DNA from: Octopus sinensis
Taxonomy: Eukaryota
Length of the DNA: 64,000 nucleotides
Assembly: GCF_006345805.1 (NCBI RefSeq)
Contig: NC_042997.1
Coordinates: 143,530,001-143,594,000 of the forward strand
Direction: 5' to 3'
Positions 39,240 through 52,446 of the stretch are shown piece by piece. The translations under genes and the position numbers were made by a program. Numbering within the stretch: position 1 is the stretch's first letter; every line of letters begins with the position of its first letter. The notes under the pieces were generated by a model. It was not told the origin of the DNA and searched no databases. It saw nothing but the letters and a program-made list of their open reading frames with translations.

Positions 39240-39313
39240 AGGCTCCAAAGGGATTCGAACACTTGACCTCCAGTTTACTAGACTGGCGCTCTAACCAACT
39301 GAGCTATGGAGCC
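39240..39313 (-). tRNA. tRNA-Thr(AGT)
   Basis: Same as 37679 copy except T-arm AAGTG/CCCTT (one mismatch); long poly-T terminator. Confidence 0.92.
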
Positions 39314-39547
39314 AGACACCTGTCGCGGCCTTTTGCTTACGAAGTTCAAGCAAACATGAAGATAATGTAACGAAGCGAAAGTTACTTATAAGCGCTAGTT
39401 ACAGATTTTCAACAGCCGGTTCCTGACGGCATGATTGGTAAGGGAGTGTCTCTAACTTTGTGCAGAACAAACATAGCAAGAAACTTCGTTCAAAGAGCAT
39501 GAGTATTTGAATTTTCTCGCCGATTTTTACATCGTTTACCGATATTC

Positions 39548-39905
39548 TTTTATTCTTTTACTTATTTCAATCATTTGACTGCGGCCATGCTGAAGCACCG
39601 CCTTTAGTCGAACAAACCAACCCCAGGACTTATTCTTTGTAAGACTAGTACTTATTCTATCGGAATATTTTTGCCGAACTGCTAAGTTACATGGGCGTAA
39701 ACACACCAGCATCAGTTGTCAAGCGATGTTGGGGGGACAAACACACACACACACACATGACAAGATTCTTTCAGTTTCCGTCTACCAAGTCCAGTCACAG
39801 AGCTTTGGACGGCCCGAAGCTATAGTAGAAGACACTTGTCCAAGGTGTCACACTGTGGGCCTGAACCCGGAACCATGTGGTTGGTAAGCAAGCTACTTAC
39901 CACAC
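39548..39905 (-). mobile_element. SINE family A
   Basis: Collinear with other family A copies. Confidence 0.8.
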
Positions 39906-40809
39906 AAACTTATACACACATACATGATGATTGCTTAATCTTGTCAAATGATAAGCTGAGTAACATTCAGCCCGCGTGATCTGATTTACTTACATCCTTG
40001 CACATGCGTGGATATACTTTATACAATACAAAACGAACCAATAAATGAAATGAAATGATAGCGAGACGTCTGTATGCCATGGGATTTAAGTGACAAAAGC
40101 TTGTACAACACTTTTGCCGCTCTCTCGGTCACCATAGTCGGTGTCAGTAACAAGCATTGTCAGGTGACTGGTATTATTTTATGTCAGCGTTCTTTTCTCA
40201 TAGAAGAGCTGCCTTCTTCACGGTTTTGTCAAAAAACACCAGAAGCTTCTTTAACCCATAGACAGGACCCTTGCAAGTACTACCGTTCGGCGCCAGAACG
40301 GTTCTAGGAGTGATGGTAATTATGGGGCGACTTCACACTGCGAACAACTCTCGAACTCCCGAATTGGAGCCTTGCCAACGGATGTAGTTTAATGTCATAC
40401 ACGTGACAATTACACATACATACACGCATGTGTATGTATGTGTAATTGTCACGCATGTGTATGTATGTATGTATGTATACACATACACAAATCATGCTTC
40501 ATTGAAGCTGAAAAACTTCACAAACTATTTCTCACTTTCAGTTTTGCACCAAAGTACTTTTATGTATGTATGTGTGTATGTATACACGCACATATATACA
40601 TATATGTGTATACACACATATGCACACACACACACACACACTCACACACACACTCACACACATTGAATTGTCTCTAATTGTGACTGAGTGTACCGGGCAG
40701 CACCTATATTACTAGAAATAAGAGTTTAGAACCCTTAGATCTGCAAGAAAGTACATTTTCATCTATTAACAGGGGAATTAACCACCCCACAGCGAAGCTA
40801 GATCATTAT

Positions 40810-40851
40810 ACTAGACTAGTTTCGCTTGAAAATTACAAGCTCATCAGTAGT
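40810..40851 (-). ncRNA. Minimal type I hammerhead ribozyme, fully canonical
   Basis: ACTA-CTGATGA-GCTTG taatttt CAAGC-GAAACTAGTC-TAGT. Helix I 4 bp, helix II 5 bp, palindrome ACTAGT, GUC; predicted cut between 40814 and 40813. Confidence 0.88.
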
Positions 40852-41002
40852 GACTATTCCATTGGTGGATGGTTTGGCTAAATCCTGACTGTCAGTGTAT
40901 ATATTTACCATATTATGAATTTATGATTGATTCAGCAAAATGCAAATATGAAAATTATAAAACAAAGAAGGCAACTATATGCAATATAAAAGCTGCCTTT
41001 GA

Positions 41003-41142
<140 letters not shown>

Positions 41143-41224
41143 AGCTCCTTGTGGCCATCACATTGGAGAAGCAATGGCAAAACACTCCAATATCTCTGCA
41201 AAGAAAACACTATGAGGAAGTCGG

Positions 41225-41580
41225 AATGAAGTAACGTTTTTCCATTTCCTAGGACACTTCATCTGCAATGCTTACATGCTGTGATCCCTTTTCCAGCGGC
41301 AACTCGGTGTGTTTAGCTACCTGTCCAGGCTCTGCTGTTCGTCAAGTTGACAGAAGCAAGCTGTCAAAGTAGTGGTCGCTCTCTGACAGGTTTATGGTAG
41401 AGTTTGTGACAGGTTTATGGTAGAGTTCTCAGCCTCCGGACCATATCCCTGCTTACCACTATTGGGGATGGGGAGAGATGGCAATCTGCAGGGGCGAACC
41501 CCATGAGTCAGAGTGGCTGTTCCAGTGCATCTCCCTCGCCATCTTCCAGGGCAACGCCTTTTCCATTTTGTCTGCTGGGA
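41225..41580 (+). pseudogene. C-terminal restriction-like endonuclease region of a CRE-like non-LTR retrotransposon
   Basis: TCCDPFSSGN..TCPGSAVRQVDRSKLSK*..LSDRFM..; CRGEPHESEWLFQCISLAIFQGNAFSILSA matches the L.QRISLAI.RGNA.SI motif. Confidence 0.6.
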
Positions 41581-42003
41581 TAAAATGGCGGTCTGAATTA
41601 CAAAGAAATCGAGAGAACGTAAGGATTTTGTTGCTTACTACACGAACAATAACATTTACAACTCCTCACGCATAAATATCAAGCAAAACCCCTATACACA
41701 ATGTGTCTTTTGCCCAGTAACGCAATGGCCGCAACAGATGGAAGAACTCGCGCTTAATCGGGAAGATTGGTTGTAGTGTCATCAACGCCCTGCAAAAGCG
41801 TTAGATACATGACGAAGAGAAGCGTTATAGGTAAAATCGATCTCGGCGAGAATTGTACACAAAACGTGAAGGTACATGAATAAATACAAGATATGTTTGT
41901 CCTCCGCTCGACTGATGTTTAAGAATAATCCACCGCTCCGCAAAGAACAAAAACGAGGACTGCAGCCAATAACAGCAAATCATCAAAGAATCAACAGAAA
42001 ATA

Positions 42004-42042
<39 letters not shown>

Positions 42043-42609
42043 AAAGAGAAGAGATATTAAAATTACAGACAGAAAAAAGAAACGGAGACGAAACAGGCCC
42101 TGTAACAGCGGTATGAATAGAAAATATATAAACACGAGATTAATTATGGTTGGAAGTATCTCAAAAGAAATTGCTAAAATGTCTAAAATGCATTGACGTG
42201 CGAACTATTTTTTCTTCTCGAATTATTTCTCTTTTATTAAATAAAGTGAGAGAATAAGATACAGATTTCATGTTTGATGATTTTTGACATGAAGGACATA
42301 TGTTAAAGCAAATATAATTTCTTCGTGTTGTGGATTCTGAGGAGATTTGGCAAGAATACTGGCTCTTTATAATGAGAATGAAATTATATCTACATCACTG
42401 CAAATGGAATAGGAAATACACAGAATCACACACGCTCGCACGCACACACACAGAGTAATGCAAGTAGATGCAGACATACACACATGTACAAAAACGCACA
42501 CATACACACCCAAACATCCATAATGACACATCACTCAGATATAGAGAAAACAGCGAGATATAGAAATGGATAAATGGATATAATTAAATATAGCTATACA
42601 AGTACACAT

Positions 42610-43312
<703 letters not shown>

Positions 43313-43920
43313 TTCCTAGGTAACACATACGTTCCACATTCACCCTTCCCCATACTACCATACACATTTGAACAAAATGAAAATAAAATACAATAGAGAA
43401 ATGGCGGAAAATACAGGAGGAAGAAGAGAAATGGAAGAAAGCTACGAAGATGTCAAATGATAATAATTTGAAAAAAAAAAAATTGGAGTTTCTTATAATA
43501 TTATTATCGATAACGTTGTTGATGCCAAAAGCTGAATAATTGCTCTCGTTGTTTGTTTCGACTGATATCAACTCTGATCCAGCAGTGCTATGATCAAAGG
43601 TATTTCAGCTTTGACCATTCATGTACTTTTTTTTTGTCTGAAAGATAGTGCTACTTAGAACTATTTTATTGGATGTGTCCATCAAGTTCTTGGAGAATGT
43701 GTCCTTGGCATGTACGTATGAATGTATATATATATCATGGCTGTGCGGTTAAGAAGCTCGCTTAAAAGTCGAGTGGTTTCCGGTTCAGTCCCGCTGCGTG
43801 ACACTTCGGGTGAGTATCTTCTACTTTAGTCACGGGTCACCAAATGCCTCGCGTGTGAATTTGGTTGACGGAAACTGTGTGGAAGCCTATGGAAGGTATG
43901 TACGTATGTATGTGTGTTTG

Positions 43921-43966
<46 letters not shown>

Positions 43967-44246
43967 GAGAGAGGCGCGAGGCTTAGGGGTTAGGGTGTTG
44001 CACTCATGATCGTAAGATTAAGGTTTCGATTCTTGGACCGGGTGATGCATTTTATTGTTGCACAAAACATTCCTTTTTACGTTTCTCCTCATTCAGCTGC
44101 CAAAATTGACTGACGGGAGATCTGTCCAGTAGGGAATATATTCGCCATAGAATGCAGGGAAAAGACTTTATGAATCCATGGCTCAAGAAGGACCTTTGAT
44201 TCTTTGCTCCAGCATGGATGCAGTCAAATGACTAAAACATGTAAAA

Positions 44247-44580
44247 GGCCACGTGCTATCCGCCCACAATAAAAATAGATCTCAGGACATATAACAACAT
44301 TACGTCACAACTACTTTATCCCAACCGGTCCAGCTCTCTTTAATACCATACCAAAATACGTCAAAACGGAAACGAATCCCATAAAATTCAAAATTCAGTG
44401 GACAATTTTTCTTCAGAAAATCCCGGACCAACCTCCTACACCCGGATATGTCTTCAACAGTAATAACTCTTTGCTAGAGTGGGCCATGGTGCCCCTTATA
44501 TGATTAAAAGACTTCACCAGGCGTTGCTATTAATTTAGACATGGACTGGGCCTATACTGGCCGAAAATCCTTCTCTAATT
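44247..44580 (+). mobile_element. Short 5'-truncated copy of the CR1/L2 family seen at 16097-17133
   Basis: GPALFNTIPK...[20 protein letters not shown]; 3' UTR GACTTCACCAGG...TAGACATGG.CTGGGCC aligns with 16097-16300. Confidence 0.85.
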
Positions 44581-45095
44581 CCCTTTTTCTCCCCCTCCCT
44601 CCTTCACCGTGTGCTATCTGTCTCTCTCCTCTCTTCCTTTTTCTCTATCTTTCTGTCTCGTTGCTCATACGTAACCATCGTCCATATTTCTTTTCCTCAC
44701 GTGACCATCTTTCTTTTCTTGCACGGACGTTCAAAAGAACTGACGTTTTTTTCTGTCTCTTCTGTCTTATCTCTTTTCAAAAAGATGTTTCTTACAGGTC
44801 CTCTATTTTCTTCTCGTTCTGGTCAACGACCCTCCATGTTTGCCTTCGTTCGGTTTCCTTGTATGTCTCCACTGTCAGGTCTTTCTTCCTAACTTTGACT
44901 CTCCATAAATCTTAAATTTTATTTTAGAATATATGGAGCAATTGACTCATATTGTTGAATGCTCGAAATAAGTAGACAGCCGACAACCGATGAAGGGTCC
45001 TTTCTCTGTGTTTACTTTTCCTGTTTTCCATTTTGTTTTCGTTGTTTACGTATTTCATGTTGTTTGAACCGATGGTGACGTCCTGTACCCACATA

Positions 45096-45157
<62 letters not shown>

Positions 45158-45158
<1 letters not shown>

Positions 45159-46521
45159 CCAGAACCACTTAGGAGTGAAATTTAGGATTTCTCGCTTTTC
45201 TGTGAATCGATTTTGATAAAACTTTTCCCAGCTGGTTTGTGCACTATGGCAACACGATTGTTATGTTTTCATTAATTTGTATAGCGTCCTTTCTTTTTTA
45301 TTTCAGATTCTTCAGTTTTTGAATGAAAGTAGCCCATCTAGACATTTTCTTTTCAGAAAATGAAGAGTAACAATACTTATTAAGCATACAGTGAGTATAT
45401 ATTTAACAGAAAACCATAATAATATTATAGTATTTATTGACATAATGAGCGCCATTTTGACGAATAACTTCAAAAACCATATTAGTCATGAAATCTGTCA
45501 ATTTCTTAATAGTAGCAGGCTGGACTACCTCTTCTGCAGCTTCGAAGTAAATTGTGGTCCATCGGCATAAACATCTTGTTTAATGATGGACCAATGATTT
45601 TCGATAGGGCTGAGATCTGGAGATGCTGGCAGCCACACCATCAGCCTTTCACCGTGTATGCAGTAAAGCCTTAGTGGTTCTGGCAGAGTGGGACGGAGCG
45701 TTGTCATGCATGACGAATACAAGATTCATATACCCAGGGATCGAATACCTCCTTCAGGAGATTGCAGTAGACAGCGGCGATCACTTTAACCCCTTCAGAC
45801 ACCCTAAATGAACCAACAAGTCTATCCCCAATGATAGCAGCAACAACATGACTCCTCTACCCTGTTGTTGACGTCGTAAACGTTGGTGAGGTTCATCTCC
45901 AAAATAGACCCGAATACTTGCCCAACCGTTAGGTCGCCCTGGTTTCGTCAGTGAACAGAACACATCTCATGTCTAACGTCATGTACTTTTGGGCCCATTG
46001 AAGCCTTAAACTCCTGTGACAAGGCATTAAAGGAGGCAGTTTCAAGGGTTATCGTACGGAAGCCATGGTTCCGAGGATGCTATTTCTGATGGTCCGGAAG
46101 CGGGGAAAATGGCTTTGCTTGTTTGTCTAGGTTTCCCCACGTAACTTGAGGCCAATATTCCTTAAATCCCTAGCTGTCACAGTCTTGGAGGTTCTACAAT
46201 CGGATCGTTTCTTCCTTGGCGAAGGGTCCTTTAGGAATCGTCTAACCGTGTCCACATAACGACCTAACTTCTCTGCAATGACATGAAAAGAGGTGCCTTT
46301 AGCACTTTCCTTGATGATAGACTTTTCTTCATCATTAAGGTCTTTTCCACGTCCCAATGTTCTTAGAGAGGAGAGACGCTGAAGATTCTGAAATAAAAAA
46401 ACGAAAGGACGTTACACAGAATAACGAAGACATAACAATGGTGTTACCATAGTGTGCAAACTAACTGGAAAAAGTTTTATCAGAGTCGGTTCACAGAAAA
46501 CCGAGAAATCCTAAATTTCGC
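45158..46521 (-). mobile_element. Tc1/mariner (DD34E) transposon with long TIRs
   Basis: About 145-bp diverged TIRs at 45175-45315 and 46379-46521 enclosing a transposase. Confidence 0.9.
45440..46357 (-). pseudogene. Tc1-like transposase, frameshifts and stops
   Basis: (TTG)GRGKDL...HTH-like N-terminus; VLFTDET; MHDNAPSH; WLPASPDLSPIENHW. Confidence 0.9.
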
Positions 46522-46589
46522 ATCTATCTATCTATCTTCTATCTATCTCTATCTATATCTATCTATATATCTATCTATCTATCTATCTA

Positions 46590-46624
<35 letters not shown>

Positions 46625-46654
46625 ATCTATCTATCTATCCTATCTATCTATCTA

Positions 46655-46716
<62 letters not shown>

Positions 46717-47609
46717 CTATCTATCTATCTATATAGGCTCAGGCGTGGCTGTGTAGTAAGAATAGGCGCAGGCAACTGGGTGACTTATAATTAAATTTCT
46801 TAAGTGATTAAATACTTCAATGACATTTCGATCTATCCTATGTAATAGTGCAATTTAGGAATAATGCTTTTTTAGCATCTAGTTTAAAGTAGCCGTATCG
46901 AAATATCGTTGAAGCTAACTAACAGATATTTTGCTTTTGTTTTTTTTCTTTCAACACATTACACACGCATGCGCACAAATGCATTAAACAAGTTTGCATT
47001 TAGATATACATAAGTAACGGTTGCTGAAACGCACATATCTGAGTCTATTAAAGGTCAAACAACACATCAAAATGTAACCCCTTTCTATCAAATTCTTCCC
47101 CTGATGGAATACCGAATTAACGATATTCGATATGGAAATTTAATTTAATTTATTTTAATCTAATTTCTCCAATTGATTCAATTGGGCAAGAAAACAGCTG
47201 TAGGTGAAATTGAGTTTGATATTGTTCAGAACTGTAATATGTTCTAATAAATTGAATCTATATGTCAGTTTCTTCATTTTATTTTTTCGCACATAAAAAT
47301 AATATATGATGAACTCTCATACGTCACTAGACCACGTATGAGGGTTCGGCAATTTCTTACCAAACAACCACAGAAATGATTTGTTTATAGTGACCAAATG
47401 TTTGTGTAGACATAAGTTTACTCCCTGCATCAGATCGATATTATCTGTACAGGTACAACGGGTACCAAATGTCAGATGTCGAAATGATCGCAGGGCAACG
47501 TGAAATGAAGTACTTTGCTCAAGAACACAACGCAACGCCTGCCCTGGGAATCGAAACATGATCTCGCAGTCGAGAGTAAAACACCCTAACCATTAAGCCA
47601 TGCACCTTC

Positions 47610-47646
<37 letters not shown>

Positions 47647-47708
47647 AGTGTGTGTGAGTATTGATGAGTAGTATATTACTTGATAGGCATATAACTAGTC
47701 AGAATGTA

Positions 47709-47764
<56 letters not shown>

Positions 47765-48244
47765 CACTACTTGTGTACCGCAAAGCGCAAGGATCTGTCT
47801 TCCCACCCGCTCTTTTTAACACCTGTCTACATAAACTTAAACCTTTTCCAAACAAATACACAACTTCATACATGCACAAATGACATTTCAACAGTTGCAT
47901 CCTTCCAGTTTATTAACCCCTAAATACAGCTACACAGCTGCTGGAATTATACGCCTCGAATGAGATAAGTTCAGGTGAGCAGTGTACTGTCGTACGTTGG
48001 CAGAGGCCATCTTGTCTACCTCCGCTCTGTCCACCATCAGTAAAATATTTTAGATTTATCTTGTTACTTGTATCACAGTGATTTGCTTATTGAACAGCTG
48101 TGGAGGCTTGGATAAGTAGATACAACATTATGTATTCATGTATATAACCCATTTAACATTTAAAGGCAATTTACAAGAGAACGTTGAATTTGGCAAGGAG
48201 AATTGCGTAAGTATATAAAGTGATAGATATATAGGCAGAGTCAG

Positions 48245-48296
<52 letters not shown>

Positions 48297-48432
48297 TGTA
48301 TGTATGTATGTATATATATATATATAATATATATATATATACATATATATATACACACAAATATATATATATTATATATAGGTATTTATGTATGTATGTG
48401 TGTATGTGCGTGTATATATATATATATGTATG

Positions 48433-48507
<75 letters not shown>

Positions 48508-48895
48508 GAAAACGTGGGGAGAAAGGGAGAGAGAGAAGGAGAGGGGGAGAGAGACGAGAGAAAGAGAGAGATAAGGAGTGAGAGGCAGAGAGGAGAGAGA
48601 AAATGAATGAATGTGAGATGATGCGACAGAAGGGTAAAAAGAAAGCAAATGAAAATTAGAAGAAAGTGAGAAACAGGGAAGGAGAGAGAGAGGGGGGGGG
48701 GAGAAATAGAAGATTAGATAGAAATGAATAGATAGATAGAGAGAGTGAGTGAGAGTGAGAGAAAGGGAGAAGTAGTGAGACAAAGATACGAGAAAGCGAG
48801 AGAAAGAATGAGGAAGGAAACAGAGACCGTTGGCTGTAAATGAACGAGATTGAAAGAAAAATGAAAGAGAAGGGAGAAGGGTAACTGAAACGATT

Positions 48896-49086
48896 CTTTT
48901 CTTTTATTCTTTTATTTGTTTCAGTCATTTGACTGCGGCCATGTTGGAGCACCGCCTTTAGTCGAGCAAATCGACCCCAGGACTTATTCTCTGTAAGTCT
49001 AGTACTTTTTCTATTGGTCTCTTTTGTTGAATCGCCAGATATCGCGGACGTAAACACACCAGCATCGGTTGTCAACGATGTTGGGT

Positions 49087-49138
<52 letters not shown>

Positions 49139-49308
49139 TTATAGACGACGGGCTTCTTTCAGTTTCCGCTTACCAAATCCACTTACAAAACTTTGATCGG
49201 TCCGAGGCTATAGTAGAAGACACTTACCCAAAGTGATACACAGTGGGACTGAACCCAGAACCATGTGGTTGGTAAGCAAGCTACTTACCACACAGCCACT
49301 CCTGCGCC
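48896..49308 (-). mobile_element. SINE family A, near-consensus full length
   Basis: Head GGCGCAGGAGTGGCTGTGTGGTAAG, tail CAGTCAAATGACTGAAAC. Confidence 0.88.
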
Positions 49309-50439
49309 GGTTGTGGATCTTAAATCTCTTCTGACAGAATAACAAACGTAACTGGATTATTGAAGACAGCATAAATGTTGTTTGAGAGAAAAAAAAACGA
49401 CGAAATAATAGAGAGAGGGAGGGAGCAATAGAGAGAGAGAGAGAGAGAAAGAGAGAGGGGTATAAAAGAGAGAGAGAGAGGAAAGATATGTCTGACTATT
49501 TTTTTTACTAATATTTCCCTAATATTTTTTTTACTTCTTTCGATCATAGGTATGTGGCCATACTGGAGTATCGCCTTCAAGGCTTTTTCTTTTCTTTTAG
49601 TTGATCAAATTGACCCCAACACTTGTACCTTTAAATCTGATAAGTTACGGGCGGTTTATTTTTTTGTTGCGGAGCAATAAACTTATACTGGTTGTCAAGC
49701 GGTGAAAGACAAACATAAACGTACGCACTCACTCACATACATATGTATTACAGGTTTCCGCACAGCTTTTGTCGACCAAATTCACCCACAAGGCATTAGT
49801 CATCCCACAGTTATAGCAAAATCGACACTGACCACACAGTGTGATTGAACTCGAAACCATGTAGATTTGAAGGAATCTTGTTAACCACACAGCTATGCCT
49901 ACGACTCTTTAAGTCTCTAACCTGACAGCACAAATATCTAAATTGATCTTACGCCTAAGAAATGTTTACAAGTTGTCCATTATATCGAGCACTTTGTATG
50001 AAAGCTTCTACGCACTAAATATTTGCAATATAATTGATTGCATTATAAGATAGGATTTAAAATATTTATCATCTCTTTCCTCAGGAAACAGAATACTCCA
50101 GAAACATTAATTAATAGCAATTATTCACACCAGAGAATTACTAAGTACAATTTTCGATTACATTCATTATTTGATTCAGCGTAGATTTTCCTCCCTTCGG
50201 TATATGGTAAAATAACTTATTCGTTTCTCCTCGCCTCGAGGTTTTTGTTTACTGACCCGATTTCTGTGTCTATCCAACAACATCCCCATTACAATTCTCC
50301 CTTGGAAGCGTTGAATAAATATCTGTATTTTTTTTTTAAATAGATATTTTGCATCATGCCTAGTAATATAGATTGTGTTATCTTCTTAGTAAATTTAAAT
50401 ATGTGTGCATGCATAATTAAATGGTTCTGTTCTTTTATT

Positions 50440-50614
50440 CATTCATTTGTGATTTTAGTCGAAGAAATCGACCCCAGTACTTATTCTTTGTAAGCCTAGT
50501 ACTTATTCTATCCGTCTCTTTTGGTGAACCGCTAAATTACGGGGACATAAACACACCAGCATCGATTGTCAAGCGATGTTGGGGGGGGGACAAACATTCA
50601 CACACAAATATATG

Positions 50615-50676
<62 letters not shown>

Positions 50677-51085
50677 CACACACACACACACGCACACAAC
50701 GGGCTTCTGTCAGTTTCCGTCTAGCAAACCCATTCACAAGGCTTTGGTCGGCCCGAAGCTTTAGTCGAAAACACTTGCCCAAGGTGCCATGCATTGGGAC
50801 TAAACCCAGAACCATGTGGTTGGGACGCAAGCTTCTTACCTCACAGTCACGCCTGCGCCTATTGTCTAAGATATACTCTTTTACTTGTTTCAGTCATTTT
50901 ACTGCGGCCATGCTGGAGCACCGCCTTTAGTCGAGCAAATCGACGCCAGGACTTATTCTTTGTAAGCCTAGTACTGATTCTATCGAATCCTTTTGCCGAA
51001 CCACTAAGTTACGGGGGTTGTAAACACACCACCATCAGATGTCAAACGATGTTGGGGGGGGGGACAAATACAGACACAAACATAT
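50440..51085 (-). mobile_element. Two adjacent SINE family A copies (50440-50860; 50878-51085, 3' half)
   Basis: Collinear with other family A copies. Confidence 0.8.
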
Positions 51086-51230
51086 ATACACACATTCATA
51101 TATATATGTTTGCCAAACTATCGAACATTCTGTAAGAATATTTTCAAGTATCGAATAGTTGTTATACTGATTGCATTATGAGATAGATTATATATATATA
51201 AATAATATAAGATAGAATAAGATATTATAA

Positions 51231-51591
51231 TAGGCGCATGAGTGGCTGTGTGGTAAGTAGCTTGCTTGACAACCACATGGTTCCGGGTTCAGTCCCACTG
51301 CGTGGCACCTTGGGCAAGTGTCTTCTACTATAGCCTCGGGCCGACCAAAGCCTTGTGAGTGGATTTGGTAGACGGAAACTGAAAGAAGCCCGTCGTATAT
51401 ATGTATGTATATATATGTATGTGTGTGTATATGTTTGTGTGTCTGTGTTTGTCCCCCCCAGCATCGCTTGACAACCAATACTGTTGTGTTTATATCCCCG
51501 TAAATTGGCGGTTCGGCCAAAGAGACCGATAGAATAAGTACTAGGCTCCAGCATGGCCACAGTCACATGACTGAAAAAAGTAAAAGAGTAA
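51231..51591 (+). mobile_element. SINE family A, full length, short internal deletion near tail
   Basis: TAGGCGCATGAGTGGCTGTGTGG...CCTTGGGCAAGTG...CAGTCACATGACTG..GTAAAAGAGT. Confidence 0.88.
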
Positions 51592-51663
51592 TATATTAAG
51601 ATATTAAGATATAGTAAATACATTATAATACAGGTGACTCTGTGGCGTGTGTGTGTGTATATT

Positions 51664-51702
<39 letters not shown>

Positions 51703-51780
51703 CACATATATATATATATATAATATATATATATATATATGTATATCTTTATATATATACATATATCTTTATATATATAT

Positions 51781-51826
<46 letters not shown>

Positions 51827-52052
51827 ATGTATTCACACATGATGTTTTTGTAAAGAATTCTTGATACAGTCACTATATCTGAAGAAAAAAATTCTTTCAT
51901 AAAAATCATTGATTATTTAAAATAGCAGAATAGTACAAAGCTTTTAGAATGGAGTTTTGATTCGAAATCTTCCTGCCAAAATATTCAAGTTATTCTATCT
52001 TTTTTAAAAGATCACTTTACATAATGAAAATTTGAGAAAATGTTCCTTCAAG

Positions 52053-52140
<88 letters not shown>

Positions 52141-52151
52141 ATCTATCTATA

Positions 52152-52184
<33 letters not shown>

Positions 52185-52240
52185 GTCTATCTGTCTGTCT
52201 GTCTATCTATCTGTCTATCTATTTATCTTCTGTTGAGGTA

Positions 52241-52346
52241 CGAGGGACGTTCAATAAGTAATGCCTCTGACCCACTTGCAGTTGTTTGATCTAGCTGAAA
52301 TTTTGCATGTGCAATCATTTATGGCAAATTACAGCTCTGAATTAAT
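52241..52346. mobile_element. Mariner-like terminal fragment cut by the assembly gap
   Basis: TA|CGAGGGACGTTCAATAAGTAATGC resembles mariner TIR starts; the other end is not visible. Confidence 0.45.
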
Positions 52347-52446
52347 NNNNNNNNNNNNNNNNNNNNNNNNNNNNNNNNNNNNNNNNNNNNNNNNNNNNNN
52401 NNNNNNNNNNNNNNNNNNNNNNNNNNNNNNNNNNNNNNNNNNNNNN
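52347..52446. other. Assembly gap (100 N)
   Basis: Run of N. Confidence 1.

Noticed and set aside
40040-40395. GC-balanced unique stretch with a 77-aa ORF
   Set aside because: No recognisable domain in six frames and no clear splice signals
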